NCBI GenBank assembly: GCA_005887895.1
Contig: VBPC01000170.1
Location: 1 to 53,764 of the forward strand
Source: Candidatus Rokuibacteriota bacterium
GTDB taxonomy: Bacteria > Methylomirabilota > Methylomirabilia > Rokubacteriales > CSP1-6
Length of the DNA: 53,764 nucleotides
Reading direction: 5' to 3'
The translations under genes were made by a program, and so were the position numbers. This document shows, in pieces, positions 28,854-38,994 of this stretch. The number at the start of each line of letters is the position of its first letter. Within the stretch, counting starts at the first letter, position 1. The notes beneath the pieces were generated by a model. The model made no database searches and was not told where the DNA came from. It worked only from the letters and a program-made list of their open reading frames with translations.

Positions 28854-28875
28854 CGGCGAGCGCGGGGGACGCGCG

Positions 28876-29817
28876 TCAGCGAAGCGCCTGGCGCATCGCC
28901 CCGGCGATGAGCGTGACCGCGCGGTTGCCCGTCTCGATCAGCTTGCCCATCGGCGTGAAGCCGTGGAGCATGCCGCCGTAGCAGACGTAATCCACGGTCA
29001 CGCCGGCGTCGCGCAGCCGCTCGGCGTAGGCCGCCCCCTCGTCGCGCAGTGGGTCGAAGCCGGCGGTGACGATCAGCGCCGGCGCCACGCCCGCCAGGGA
29101 CGGCGCCAGCAGCGGTGACACGCGCCAGTCGCGGGCGTCCTCGGGCTTGTCGAGGTAGTGCGCCTTGAACCAGCGCATGCCGGTGCGGGTCAGCATGTAG
29201 CCCTCGGCGAACTGCTGGTAGGAGCGGCTCTCGGCCGAGAGGTCGGTGACCGGATACTGCAGGACCTGCAGCGCGAGGGCGGGCGCGCCGGCGTCACGCG
29301 CCATCAGCGCCACGACGGCCGCGAGGTTACCGCCGGCGCTGTCGCCGCCGACCGCCACGCGCGTCGGGTCGATGGCGAGCTGGCCGGCGTGACCGACGAT
29401 CCAGCTCGTCGCCGCCCAGGCGTCGTCGAGGGACGCGGGGTACTTGTGCTCGGGCGCCAGGCGATAATCCACCGAGACGACGCTCACGCCGGCCTCGGCC
29501 GTCAGTTGCCGGCAGAGCACGTCGTGCGTGTCGAGATCGCCGATGACCCAGCCGCCCCCGTGGAAATAGACGAAGACGGGCAGCGCCGTCGTGTCGGCGA
29601 CGCCCTTGGGCCGGTAGAGACGAAGCGGAATGACGCCGGCCGGGCCCTCGGCCGGGAGGTTTCGCACCGCGCCGATCTCGGGCGGCTGGGGTGTCGAGGC
29701 CGGCCGCGTGTCACGAAACAGCTGCCGCGCCTCCTTCGGCGAGAGCGTGTCGTAGGCGGGGCGGCCGGACTTGACGATCAGGTCGAGGACGAACTGGGCT
29801 TGCGGATCAAGCGCCAT
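28876..29817 (-). CDS. HSL-family esterase/lipase (alpha/beta hydrolase)
   Basis: HGGGW, DYRLAPEH, GDSAGGNL, DPLRDEG, HGF. Confidence 0.93.
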   Translation of the reverse strand: MALDPQAQFVLDLIVKSGRPAYDTLSPKEARQLFRDTRPASTPQPPEIGAVRNLPAEGPAGVIPLRLYRPKGVADTTALPVFVYFHGGGWVIGDLDTHDVLCRQLTAEAGVSVVSVDYRLAPEHKYPASLDDAWAATSWIVGHAGQLAIDPTRVAVGGDSAGGNLAAVVALMARDAGAPALALQVLQYPVTDLSAESRSYQQFAEGYMLTRTGMRWFKAHYLDKPEDARDWRVSPLLAPSLAGVAPALIVTAGFDPLRDEGAAYAERLRDAGVTVDYVCYGGMLHGFTPMGKLIETGNRAVTLIAGAMRQALR

Positions 29818-31264
29818 GGCGGAGCACCTCCGCGGCGGCCTTCTCGACCACCGTGCCCTTGAAGAAGTCCGGGTTCACCTCGCCCCAGAACCGCACGGCG
29901 TTGGTGAACATGAAGTCGCGGAAGTCGCCGTCGGTGATGAGCCCGTGCTCGACCAGCTCGTAGGCCTCCGGCACGACCGCGGCCATGTCGGGGACGTCGA
30001 AGTGGCCGATGTCCGAGCTGAACAGCGCGTTCAGCCGGGCGCCCATCGGGTTCGCCTCGCGCTTGAACGCCCACGCGTTGACCGGATCGTCGGCCTCGCA
30101 GCCGAAGTAGAAGCGCGGCACGAACAGATCGCGGATGTCCTCCTTGCGGCCGATCTTGCACCGGAAGTAGTCGTCGAGGTCCTCGAGACCGCCGGTCAGC
30201 GTGGAGTTCGAGTCGCCCTCGAGCCCGTCGCCGCGGCCGACCGCCTCCGCCACGGCCTCGCTGCCGTACTTGCGCGCGAATTCCAGCAGTCGCGCGCGCT
30301 CGAGGTTGGCCGGATTCGTCTTCTCGAGCGCTTGGCGGTTGCGCTTGTCCCAGTGACCGATGAGGTCGGCGTACAGCATGCACGCCCAGCCCACCCCGCC
30401 CTCCAGGAACGCGAAGTTCAGGTCGGGGAAGCGCCGGGTGACCCCGCCGAAGAACAGCGCCTTGGCGACCGCGTGGCCGGCCGAGGCGAAGTGGCCGATG
30501 TGGTTGTAGCAGAAGTTCGACGGCGAGTTGCGCAGCAGGATCGAGCGGGCGCCGTTGTGGAAGCTCGGGGCGACGCGCAACTCGCGGCACTTCTGCCAGA
30601 CGGGGTCGTAGTCGTGGTCGCTGTCGATGCCGACGACGTCGTACCACTCGACGAACTTCGAGACATCCGGATGCTCTTCGGCCAGCGCCGGGATCGGCCG
30701 CCGCATGAGGCCGCCGACCATCATCACCTTGTAGCCGAGCTGCCGGGAGGCGAACTCCAGCTCCTCGATCGCCTCCTCCGGCGTGTACATCGGGATGATC
30801 GCGGCCGGGATGATGCGGTCGGCGAACGGACGGAACTGCTCGGCGGTGAACACGTTGTAGGCGCGGCAGATCGCGCGCCGCAGCCGGGTGTCCGGCATGC
30901 GGTGGTAGCCGAGCCCGGCCGTCGGGTACACGACGCAGAAGTCGATGCCGAGGTCGTCGAGCCGCTCGTACATGAGCCGCGGCAGCATCGCGGTGGCGCG
31001 GTCGAGGACGTTCTCGCACGGCGAGCCCCAGAAGGCCTCCTGGGCCACTCGCCGGCGGCGCCGTTCGGGCAGCGACATCTTCAGCGCGTTGGGGACGCGC
31101 TGGCTGGCCAGCGCGAAGGCCTCGGCGGCCGCGTCGCCGCCGATGCGCCGGAACTCCTCGCGCATGACCGGCGCGTACTCCAGCCAGTGGCCGTCGGCGT
31201 CGATGACCGGGTGGTTCAGCCGGGAGCGGAGCGTGCGCGCATCGGTTGCGCCGTTGCTGGACAT
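29807..31264 (-). CDS. amidohydrolase family protein
   Basis: IDADGH, RAYN, YDPVW, RRFP.L..AFLEGG, FSSDIGHFD. Confidence 0.88.
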   Translation of the reverse strand: MSSNGATDARTLRSRLNHPVIDADGHWLEYAPVMREEFRRIGGDAAAEAFALASQRVPNALKMSLPERRRRRVAQEAFWGSPCENVLDRATAMLPRLMYERLDDLGIDFCVVYPTAGLGYHRMPDTRLRRAICRAYNVFTAEQFRPFADRIIPAAIIPMYTPEEAIEELEFASRQLGYKVMMVGGLMRRPIPALAEEHPDVSKFVEWYDVVGIDSDHDYDPVWQKCRELRVAPSFHNGARSILLRNSPSNFCYNHIGHFASAGHAVAKALFFGGVTRRFPDLNFAFLEGGVGWACMLYADLIGHWDKRNRQALEKTNPANLERARLLEFARKYGSEAVAEAVGRGDGLEGDSNSTLTGGLEDLDDYFRCKIGRKEDIRDLFVPRFYFGCEADDPVNAWAFKREANPMGARLNALFSSDIGHFDVPDMAAVVPEAYELVEHGLITDGDFRDFMFTNAVRFWGEVNPDFFKGTVVEKAAAEVLRHGA

Positions 31265-31289
31265 GGCGACGCCTCCAGGGAACGTGCGA

Positions 31290-32210
31290 TCAGGCCTGTT
31301 GGATCGCGCTGAGCCGGAACGCGTTGGGACCGACCGGCCGCACGAAGGTCCAGAACTCTTCGAACTTCACCGGCTCGGTCCGGCTGCCCTCCAGGACTCG
31401 CGCGCCGCTCTCGTCGGTCGTGAAGTCCAGCAGGCTGGCCAGGAAGTGCACGGTGACGTAGTCCTCGCCGCGCTCCTGCCAGGCCTCGGTGACCTCGGCC
31501 GAGCGCACGGCGATGTTCTCCAGCCGGTTGATCCTGCCCTCGGCGCGGAGCTTGTCGCAGTCGCGCTGCATGATGCCCTGCATCTCGGGCATGAGCAGCG
31601 TCGCGACGCCGCTCATGTCGCGCGTCACCCACGCCGCCTGGATTCGAAAGAACGTGTCCGTCGCGCCGTCGGCCATCAGCTTGGGATCGAAGCCGGGATC
31701 CATCTGGCGGATGTAGCCGAGACCGCGTTCGAGATCGACGGGGCCGGTGACGGTGGACGCCGCCGCCTCGCTCCCGTACTGCGCGCTCGGCTGCCAGCGT
31801 GGCGCGTCGTCGGGCGCGGCGTAGCCGGACGGTGCGGCCGCCTCCCGGCGGCTGCGCATGTACCTGATCGCGAACCACACGAGGCCGCCGACGATCAGGA
31901 TCTCGAGGATCCCGAAGCCGCCGCCGTGCCCGCCGCCGAAGAGGAGACTGCCGATCAGGCCGCCGACGAGCAGGCCGCCCAGCATGCCGCCGATCCCGCC
32001 CCAGCGCGAGGGCGCTGGCTGCGGCGACATCGGCGTCGGCGCGGGCCGGCTCGGCGTCATCGGAGCCGGCGACGCGGGCGTCGAGAATCCGCGGGAGCCG
32101 CGGCTGCCGCTGGAGCCACCCCCGCCCGCCCGGGCCCAGGCCTCCGCCGTCCACAGCAACGGGACGAGCACCATCACGCACAGTGTCGCGATCGCTGCCG
32201 TCCGCTTCAT
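31290..32210 (-). CDS. Tim44 domain-containing membrane protein
   Basis: ARAGGGGS.GSRGSR N-terminus, glycine-rich TM region, FFRIQAAW, FEEFWTF.R, LSAIQQ. Confidence 0.88.
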   Translation of the reverse strand: MKRTAAIATLCVMVLVPLLWTAEAWARAGGGGSSGSRGSRGFSTPASPAPMTPSRPAPTPMSPQPAPSRWGGIGGMLGGLLVGGLIGSLLFGGGHGGGFGILEILIVGGLVWFAIRYMRSRREAAAPSGYAAPDDAPRWQPSAQYGSEAAASTVTGPVDLERGLGYIRQMDPGFDPKLMADGATDTFFRIQAAWVTRDMSGVATLLMPEMQGIMQRDCDKLRAEGRINRLENIAVRSAEVTEAWQERGEDYVTVHFLASLLDFTTDESGARVLEGSRTEPVKFEEFWTFVRPVGPNAFRLSAIQQA

Positions 32211-32233
32211 CGTGATCCTCCTTCGGGCTGCGG

Positions 32234-33061
32234 TCACAGCTGCATCCAGGCGGCGCCGCATCCCGTCAGCCATTCCTTCACGGGCTCGTAGGTCAGCACC
32301 TCGCCCTTGACGCCGGGCACGGCGCCCAGCACGGCGATCCAGTTGCGAATCTCCTGGCCGCCGTTGCCGCCGTCGCGCTCGATGTCGTCGAAGCTCAGCT
32401 CGGCCAGGGCTTCGCCGTGGCCGTCGCGCACCTGGTCGAGCACCCAGCGATCCCACTCGGGATTGATGTGGCCGGTGTTCGGCACGCCGATCCAGTGGGA
32501 GATGCCGCCGGTACCGAGCAGCGCGACGCGCTCACCGACCGGCCGGGCGTCGATGAAGCGCCGCACGAAGCCGCCGAGCTGCCACGAGCGCTGCGGCGTC
32601 GGCAGGGGCGGCGCCACGCAGTTGGTCAGCACCGGCACGATCGGCAGCGTGCCCTCCGGCATCAGGAAGTGCGCGGGCACGGAGACGTCGTCCCAGAACT
32701 CGAGCTCGTGGCTCACGGCGAGATCGAAGCCGGCGTCGAGGCCGGCCTTGAGCAGGGCCTTGCCGAAGTCGACCGCGCCGGGGAGCTGGCGCGAGGGGAT
32801 CTTGAGGAAATCGGCGGCGCCCCTCGGCGCCCAGTGCCGCGCGCCGACGCCGACGCAGAACGCGGGAAGGTTGTCATAGAAGAAGTTCTGCACGTGGTCG
32901 TTGACGAACATCACGACCACGTCCGGCCGGGCGGCGGCCAGGCGCTTGCGCATCTCGGCCAGCCCGGCCAGGAAGTGCCCCCGCTGCTCGGGGGCGGCGG
33001 CCGGCGTGGCCGTGATGTTGGGCGCGTGCGAGGTCATGGCGGCGGCGACGATGGTGGCCAT
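32234..33061 (-). CDS. class III extradiol ring-cleavage dioxygenase, LigB-like catalytic subunit
   Basis: SHAP, NDH..NFF.DN.PAFC.G, GTGGISH, IN.EWD, GNGGQEIRNW. Confidence 0.88.
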   Translation of the reverse strand: MATIVAAAMTSHAPNITATPAAAPEQRGHFLAGLAEMRKRLAAARPDVVVMFVNDHVQNFFYDNLPAFCVGVGARHWAPRGAADFLKIPSRQLPGAVDFGKALLKAGLDAGFDLAVSHELEFWDDVSVPAHFLMPEGTLPIVPVLTNCVAPPLPTPQRSWQLGGFVRRFIDARPVGERVALLGTGGISHWIGVPNTGHINPEWDRWVLDQVRDGHGEALAELSFDDIERDGGNGGQEIRNWIAVLGAVPGVKGEVLTYEPVKEWLTGCGAAWMQL

Positions 33062-33063
33062 GG

Positions 33064-33273
33064 CTACAGGGCGAAGCGGCGCCGGAACACGCGCCGGATC
33101 AGGTAGGGGTTGGCGCCCAGGCGGAAGAGCGCGTCGAGGTCTCCGTCGGCGAGCGCGGCGCGCTCTTCGGCCGAGAGGTCGTAGCCGGCGACCTCGTCGG
33201 CTCCGATCGACTCGATCATCTTGTGCTCACGGGCCTTGGCGTACAGGACCTGGTTCAGGGCGTAATCGCTCAT
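33064..33273 (-). CDS. LigA-like small subunit
   Basis: MS.Y.LN start and YDLSAEERAAL..GD..AL..LGANPY; directly upstream of the LigB-like gene. Confidence 0.8.
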   Translation of the reverse strand: MSDYALNQVLYAKAREHKMIESIGADEVAGYDLSAEERAALADGDLDALFRLGANPYLIRRVFRRRFAL

Positions 33274-33335
33274 GACCGCCTCCCTGCGGGCGCCGAACGC
33301 CTGCAGTATAGTACGGAAGCCGGAGGATCACCGCC

Positions 33336-33646
33336 ATGGCGACCGTCCTTCCCACGCGCCGCCGTGGTCGGAGAAGATCGTCGTCAACGACCAGATCGTC
33401 GGCACGCTGATCTGCCAGCCGCCGGGCCATCCGACCGATCGCCACTATCACCTCGTCGACGAGTGGTGGTTCATCCTCGAGGGCGCGATCGACTGGGAGA
33501 TCGAGAACCATGCCGAGACGATTCACGCGCGCGCCGGGGACTTCGTCTTCGCGCCGGCCCTGCACTATCACCACATCCGTCCGACCGGCGACCGGCCGTC
33601 GATCCGCCTGGCCATCACCCCGCCCGGTGAATTTCACCGGCATTGA
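33336..33646 (+). pseudogene. cupin domain gene with a frameshifted 5' end
   Basis: HYH..DEWWFILEG and GDFVFAP....HHI cupin motifs; the ATG at 33336 has a GGAGG RBS but is out of frame with the body. Confidence 0.65.
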
Positions 33647-33650
33647 TTTG

Positions 33651-33810
33651 CATGGGGGCCCCGACATGGCCCCCAAACCCCCACACGTTCGCAGCGCCCC
33701 GGCGCAGCCGTGGCGCTTCTCTGGAGTGGTTAGCGTCGGGCGGGGCCCCGACATCGCCCCCACCCCCCCAAACGCTCGTCGCGCCCCGGCAAAGCCGTGG
33801 CGCGCCTCGA
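33651..33810 (+). repeat. tandem pair of REP-like family A repeats (33651-33721 and 33738-33810)
   Basis: Both units contain GGGGCCCCGACAT..CCCC, a C-run and GCGCCCCGGC-NNN-GCCGTGGCGC. Confidence 0.85.
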
Positions 33811-33836
33811 CAACCTGTGCCAACAATCGGTATCCG

Positions 33837-34832
33837 ATGAGAGCAATCGGCCTCCCGGCGACGTTCGAGGCGTGGCAGGCGGCCGCGCGGGCGCTGCTGC
33901 GCGAGGGCGTGCCGCCGGGCGAGGTCGAGTGGCGCGAGGCCGCGGGCGCGCCGGCGAGCGAGGCGCCGCCGGCCGGCGGTGCGCGCGTCCCGCGCCAGTT
34001 CCTGGACGTTGCGCGGCAGGCCGCCGGCGCGTCCGATCCCGGGCGGTGGGCGGTGCTCTACGCGGTCCTCTGGCGGCTCGTGCACGAGAGCCGCGAGCTG
34101 CTGGCCAGCACGCGTGATCCCGACGTCCGCCGGCTGAACGGACTGGCCGCGCAGGGACGGCGTGAGGCGCAGCAGGCCGAGATGCAGGAAGTGCTCGCGC
34201 TGGAGCAGCAGGGCGGCGGCGCCGCGCCGTTCGTGCCGACGCGCGCCGGGCTCGACGAGCTCCGCGCGGCGGCCGCGCGATGCGAGGGCTGCGACCTCTT
34301 CCGTCACGCCACCCAGACGGTGTTCGGCCGCGGGCCGTCCGACACGCGCGTCGTGCTCGTCGGCGAGCAGCCGGGCGACCAGGAGGACCTCAAGGGCGCG
34401 CCGTTCGTGGGCCCGGCCGGCGAGGTGCTCGACCGCGCGCTCGGCGAGGCCGGCCTCGACCGCGGCCGCGTCTACGTCACCAACGCGGTGAAGCACTTCA
34501 AGTTCGTCGAGCGCGGCAAGCGGCGCATCCATCAGACGCCGCGCCTGCCCGAGATCGCCGCCTGCCGCCCGTGGCTCGAGGCCGAGCTGGAGGTGATCAA
34601 GCCTGCCGTGCTCGGCTGCCTCGGCGCCACCGCGGCGCGCGCCATCTTCGGCCCGGAGTTTCGGCTGCTGCGCGAGCGCGGGCGATTCATCGAGACGCGC
34701 TGGGCCGCGAAGACGATCGCCACCCTCCATCCGTCGGCGGTGCTGCGCGGCCAGGACGACGCCGAGCAGGCGCGGCTCTACGCGATGCTGCGCGACGACC
34801 TTCGTCTCATCGCCACCGCTCAGCGGGGCTAG
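33837..34832 (+). CDS. udgX: UdgX-family uracil-DNA binding protein with an N-terminal extension
   Basis: C..C.L...ATQTVFG, GEQPGDQED, TNAVKHFKF..RGKRRIHQ (UdgX KRRIH loop), HPS; N-terminus F..W...AR.LL..GVPP..V.W. Confidence 0.9.
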   Translation: MRAIGLPATFEAWQAAARALLREGVPPGEVEWREAAGAPASEAPPAGGARVPRQFLDVARQAAGASDPGRWAVLYAVLWRLVHESRELLASTRDPDVRRLNGLAAQGRREAQQAEMQEVLALEQQGGGAAPFVPTRAGLDELRAAAARCEGCDLFRHATQTVFGRGPSDTRVVLVGEQPGDQEDLKGAPFVGPAGEVLDRALGEAGLDRGRVYVTNAVKHFKFVERGKRRIHQTPRLPEIAACRPWLEAELEVIKPAVLGCLGATAARAIFGPEFRLLRERGRFIETRWAAKTIATLHPSAVLRGQDDAEQARLYAMLRDDLRLIATAQRG

Positions 34833-34915
34833 GTCGCCGCTCACGCCCTCAGCACCTGCATGATCCTGCGCGGTGAGGCGGCGGCCGGACGCTAGCGCGC
34901 TACAATGGCGGGCCT

Positions 34916-36157
34916 GTGACGCCCGCTCACGCTTCGCGGTCGGTGCGGCTGGGCTCCCGCGACATCGACTACGGCTGGATCGTCGTCGCCGCGGTCTCGA
35001 TCACCGAGACGGTCACGTGGGGCATCATCTATTACGGCTTCCCGGTGTTCCTCCGTCCGATGGAGCGGGATCTCGGGGCCTCGCGGGTGGCCATCACGGC
35101 CGCGTTCTCGGTCGGGCTCGGCGTGGCCGCGCTCGCCGCGCTGCCGGTCGGGCGCTGGATCGATCGCCACGGCGGTCGCGGACTCATGACCGCCGGTTCC
35201 TGCCTGGCCACCGCGCTGACGTTCGCGTGGGCGCGCGTCGAGAGCCTGCCCGCGCTCTATGCGGTCTGGTTCCTGATGGGTCTGGCGATGGCGGCCACGC
35301 TCTACGAGCCGGCCTTCGCCGTGGTGGTCTCCTGGTTCGTGCGCGGTCGCGACCGCGCGCTCCTGACCGTCACGCTGGTCGCCGGGTTCGCGTCCACGAT
35401 TTTCATGCCGATCGAGGCGTGGCTGCTGGTGCGCGTCGGCTGGCGCAGCGCGCTCACCATCCTGGCCGTCGTGCTCGCCGTCGTCACGATTCCCATCCAC
35501 GCGCTGATCCTCCGCCGCGGCACCGCCGCCGTGGTGACGCGGGCCAGCGGCGGCCCGCCGAGCCCCGGGCCGGGGATGACGCTGCGCGAAGCGTCGCGCA
35601 CGGTCGTGTTCTGGGTGCTGTTCGGCGCATTCTTCGTCGGCAACTTCGCGACGGCGGCAGTGGCCGTCCATCTCATTCCGTATCTCGTCGACGGCGGCTA
35701 CTCGCCGACGGTCGCGGCCGCCGTCATCGGCTGGATGGGCGCCATGCAGGTGCCGGGGCGGCTGCTATTCGTGCCGATCTCGGTCTGGCTGGGCGCCCGC
35801 TGGATGGTGGCCGCCGTCTTCTTCGGCCAGGCGGTGGGCCTCGCTCAGCTCCCCCTGATCGCGCGCATCGGCAGCACGCTGCCGTTCATCGTCGTCATGG
35901 GCGCCTCCAACGGCATGTCGACGCTGTCGCGCGCGACCTCGCTGGCCCAGATCTTCGGCGCGCGCCACTACGGCGCGATCAGCGGCGCCGTCGCGCTCGG
36001 CGCCAACGGCGCCCGCGCGGTGGGCCCGGTCGGCGCCTCGCTGCTGCTGGTGGCGCTCGGCGTCTATCCGTCCGTCTTCTGGGCGCTGACCGCGTCGCTG
36101 ATCGTCGCCTCGCTCTCGGTCCTGCTCTTCGGCGCCGGCGTCAAGAACGAGGAGTAG
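34916..36157 (+). CDS. MFS transporter
   Basis: About 12 hydrophobic segments; [26 protein letters not shown]; TACAAT -10 at 34901-34906. Confidence 0.9.
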   Translation: MTPAHASRSVRLGSRDIDYGWIVVAAVSITETVTWGIIYYGFPVFLRPMERDLGASRVAITAAFSVGLGVAALAALPVGRWIDRHGGRGLMTAGSCLATALTFAWARVESLPALYAVWFLMGLAMAATLYEPAFAVVVSWFVRGRDRALLTVTLVAGFASTIFMPIEAWLLVRVGWRSALTILAVVLAVVTIPIHALILRRGTAAVVTRASGGPPSPGPGMTLREASRTVVFWVLFGAFFVGNFATAAVAVHLIPYLVDGGYSPTVAAAVIGWMGAMQVPGRLLFVPISVWLGARWMVAAVFFGQAVGLAQLPLIARIGSTLPFIVVMGASNGMSTLSRATSLAQIFGARHYGAISGAVALGANGARAVGPVGASLLLVALGVYPSVFWALTASLIVASLSVLLFGAGVKNEE

Positions 36158-36166
36158 CGCCGGCCT

Positions 36167-36826
36167 TTACCGCGCCGACTCGGTCACGCCCACCGGGCAC
36201 GACACGCCGGTGCCGCCGAGACCGCAGTAGCCCCACGGGTTCTTGGCGAGGTACTGCTGGTGATAGTCCTCGGCGTAGTAGAACTCCGGGGCGTCGAGGA
36301 TCTCGGTGGTGATGGTGCTGTACCGGGCGGCGGTCAGCATCCGCTGATAGGCGTCGCGGGAGGCCTCGGCCAGCCGGCGCTGCTCCGGCGAGTAGACGTA
36401 GATGCCGGAGCGATACTGCGTGCCGACGTCGTTGCCCTGCCGCATGCCCTGGGTCGGATCGTGATGCTCCCAGAACACGCGCAGCAGGTCGGCGTACGAG
36501 ACCGCCTTCGGATCGAACACGACGCGCACGACCTCGTTGTGACCGGTGAGGCCGGTGCAGACCTCCTCGTAGTCGGGATTGGGCGTGATGCCCGCCGCGT
36601 AACCGACCGCGGTGGAGTAGACGCCGGGGATCTTCCAGAACGCCTTCTCGGCGCCCCAGAAGCAGCCGAGGCCGAAGAGCGCCAGCTCCAGGCCCTCCGG
36701 AAACGGCGGCACGATCCGGTTGCCGTTGACGTGGTGGCGCTCCGGCACCGGCATCCCCTCCTTGCGGCCGGGCAGCGCCTGCTCCGGCGTCGGCATCAGC
36801 GTCTTGGTCCTGGCAGAAGCCCCCAT
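36167..36826 (-). CDS. msrA: peptide-methionine (S)-S-oxide reductase
   Basis: [53 protein letters not shown]. Confidence 0.96.
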   Translation of the reverse strand: MGASARTKTLMPTPEQALPGRKEGMPVPERHHVNGNRIVPPFPEGLELALFGLGCFWGAEKAFWKIPGVYSTAVGYAAGITPNPDYEEVCTGLTGHNEVVRVVFDPKAVSYADLLRVFWEHHDPTQGMRQGNDVGTQYRSGIYVYSPEQRRLAEASRDAYQRMLTAARYSTITTEILDAPEFYYAEDYHQQYLAKNPWGYCGLGGTGVSCPVGVTESAR

Positions 36827-36898
36827 GGGTTCACCCTCCCCGCTCATCTTAGACCCGTCGCCGACGCCGATCGATGCGCACCGTGCTACCATCCCGCC

Positions 36899-37492
36899 GT
36901 GATCCGGCCACGCCTCGTCGTCCTCGTCCTCGTGCTCTCGCTCCTCGCGCTGCCGGCGCCGGCCCAGACGCCGGGCGAGCTCCGCCTCAACGACGCCCGT
37001 CACCGTCTGGTCATCCGCGTCGAGCCCAAGGACGCCGGCTTCGTGCTGTGGGATGGTGACGGCACGCCGCTCGGCGCGCTGGCGATCGAGGGCGACCGCG
37101 TGCGGCTCCGCGATGCGGCCGGCGCTCTGCAGTGGACGGTCAAGCGCAAGGACTTCGGCCCGCAGATCGACGACGCGGCCGGCGAGCGTCTCTATCGTCT
37201 GCGCAAGCGCACCGACGAGTGGCGGCTGGAGGATGCCGCCAAGATGATCGTCGCCCGCATTCGCGTGCGCGAGGGCGAGGCCGCCGAGATCCGCGACGTG
37301 CGCGGCGCCACCATGCTCACCGTGAAGCGGGCCGACCCGGAGGGGTTCGTCTTCACGACCGAGGCCGGGGCCCGCGTGGCCGAGGTGGCCGGCGCCCAGC
37401 GCGTGGCCGCCGGACTGTGGTTCGGCGTGGAGCGCTTCTCGCCGGCCGAGCGCGCGGCCCTGTGGGCGTACTTCGCCAGCCTCGATCGCTGA
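36899..37492 (+). CDS. exported hypothetical protein (beta-rich, internally repetitive)
   Basis: Signal peptide [22 protein letters not shown]; repeated D-x-x-G-x-x-L units; host-like codons. Confidence 0.75.
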   Translation: MIRPRLVVLVLVLSLLALPAPAQTPGELRLNDARHRLVIRVEPKDAGFVLWDGDGTPLGALAIEGDRVRLRDAAGALQWTVKRKDFGPQIDDAAGERLYRLRKRTDEWRLEDAAKMIVARIRVREGEAAEIRDVRGATMLTVKRADPEGFVFTTEAGARVAEVAGAQRVAAGLWFGVERFSPAERAALWAYFASLDR

Positions 37493-37598
37493 CGACTCAG
37501 CGCCCACCCGCACCACCGTCGTCCCGTCGTCGCCACACGGTCGCCCCCAGAGGTTGACAGCATCCGCGCCCGGTCGCATAGTGGCCGAGGAATCGCTC

Positions 37599-38990
37599 AT
37601 GACGAGAGCCCGCACGATCAAGGAGCTCCGCGACAGCGGCTGGCAGCGAAAATCCGTCAAGCAGGAGCTGCGCGACAACCTGGTCGCTCGGCTGCGAAGC
37701 GGTGACACGTTCCTGCCCGGCATCGTCGGCTACGACGACACCGTGGTGCCGCAGATCGAGAACGCCGTCCTCAGCGGCCAGGACCTGATCTTCCTCGGCG
37801 AGCGGGGGCAGGCCAAGACCCGCATCGCGCGCCTGCTGATCGGCCTGCTCGACGAGACGCTGCCGGCGCTGGCCGGCTGCGAGATCAATGACGATCCGCT
37901 GGCGCCGATCTGCCAGGCGTGCCGTGACCGCGTGGCGAAGCAGGGCGACGCCGCCGAGCTCGTGTGGATCCCCCGCGACCGCCGTTACGGCGAGAAGCTG
38001 GCCACGCCCGACATCACCATCGCCGACCTCATCGGCGAGGTCGATCCGATCAAGGTGGCCGAGGGCCGCTACCTCTCCGACGAGCTGACGATCCACTACG
38101 GGCTGCTGCCGCGCACGCATCGCGGCATCTTCGCCATCAACGAGCTGCCGGACCTCGCCGAGCGCATCCAGGTCGGCCTCCTCAACATCATGGAGGAGCG
38201 CGACGTGCAGATCCGCGGCTACAAGGTGCGGCTGCCGCTCGACCTCTACGTGGTCGCCAGCGCCAACCCGGAGGACTACACCAACCGGGGCCGGATCATC
38301 ACGCCGCTCAAGGATCGGTTCGGCTCCCAGGTGCGCACCCACTATCCCAGGCGCCTCGACGACGAGATCGCGATCATGGAGGCCGAGCGCACCGCCTTCC
38401 CGGTGGACGGCGTGCGCACGGCGAGCCCGGAGTACATGAAGCAGATCGTGGCCGAGCTGACGCACCTGGCCCGCGCCTCGTCGGACATCAGCCAGCGCTC
38501 GGGCGTCTCCGTGCGCGTGTCGATCTGCAACTACGAAAATCTGTTGTCCAGCGCGCTGAAGCGCGCCATCCGCCTGGACGAGAACCTCGCGGTGCCCCGC
38601 GTCAGCGACCTCGGCGCGCTGGCCGCCTCCACGACCGGCAAGATCGAGCTGGAGACGGTCGGTGACGGCGGCGAGGACAAGATCCTGGCGCGGCTCACGC
38701 AGAAGGCCGTCCTCAACGTGTTCGGCCGCTCGTTCGGCGCGCCGGAGCTGGCCGAGGTCGTCAAGGGCTTCGAGGGCGGCTCCGCGATCCAGGCCTCCGA
38801 CACCATGCCGTCGGTGGAGTACGTCAAGCAGGCCGCCCAGATGCCCGGCCTGCGGGCCGCCGCCGCCAAGCTCGGCGCCACCGAGCCGGCCGCGGTCGCC
38901 GCCGCCATGGAGTTCGTCCTCGAAGGACTCCACCTCTCCAAGAAGCTGAACAAGGACGTCCAGGCCGGCCGCTACCGCTACCGGAGCTGA
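37599..38990 (+). CDS. AAA+ ATPase, Mg-chelatase/MoxR-like (Rv0958-like)
   Basis: Walker [39 protein letters not shown]; TTGACA...CATAGT promoter upstream. Confidence 0.88.
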   Translation: MTRARTIKELRDSGWQRKSVKQELRDNLVARLRSGDTFLPGIVGYDDTVVPQIENAVLSGQDLIFLGERGQAKTRIARLLIGLLDETLPALAGCEINDDPLAPICQACRDRVAKQGDAAELVWIPRDRRYGEKLATPDITIADLIGEVDPIKVAEGRYLSDELTIHYGLLPRTHRGIFAINELPDLAERIQVGLLNIMEERDVQIRGYKVRLPLDLYVVASANPEDYTNRGRIITPLKDRFGSQVRTHYPRRLDDEIAIMEAERTAFPVDGVRTASPEYMKQIVAELTHLARASSDISQRSGVSVRVSICNYENLLSSALKRAIRLDENLAVPRVSDLGALAASTTGKIELETVGDGGEDKILARLTQKAVLNVFGRSFGAPELAEVVKGFEGGSAIQASDTMPSVEYVKQAAQMPGLRAAAAKLGATEPAAVAAAMEFVLEGLHLSKKLNKDVQAGRYRYRS

Positions 38991-38994
38991 GGCG

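Noticed and set aside
33728-33736. GTTAGCG between the tandem repeats as an integron core site
   Set aside because: No matching inverse core or L boxes; probably chance.
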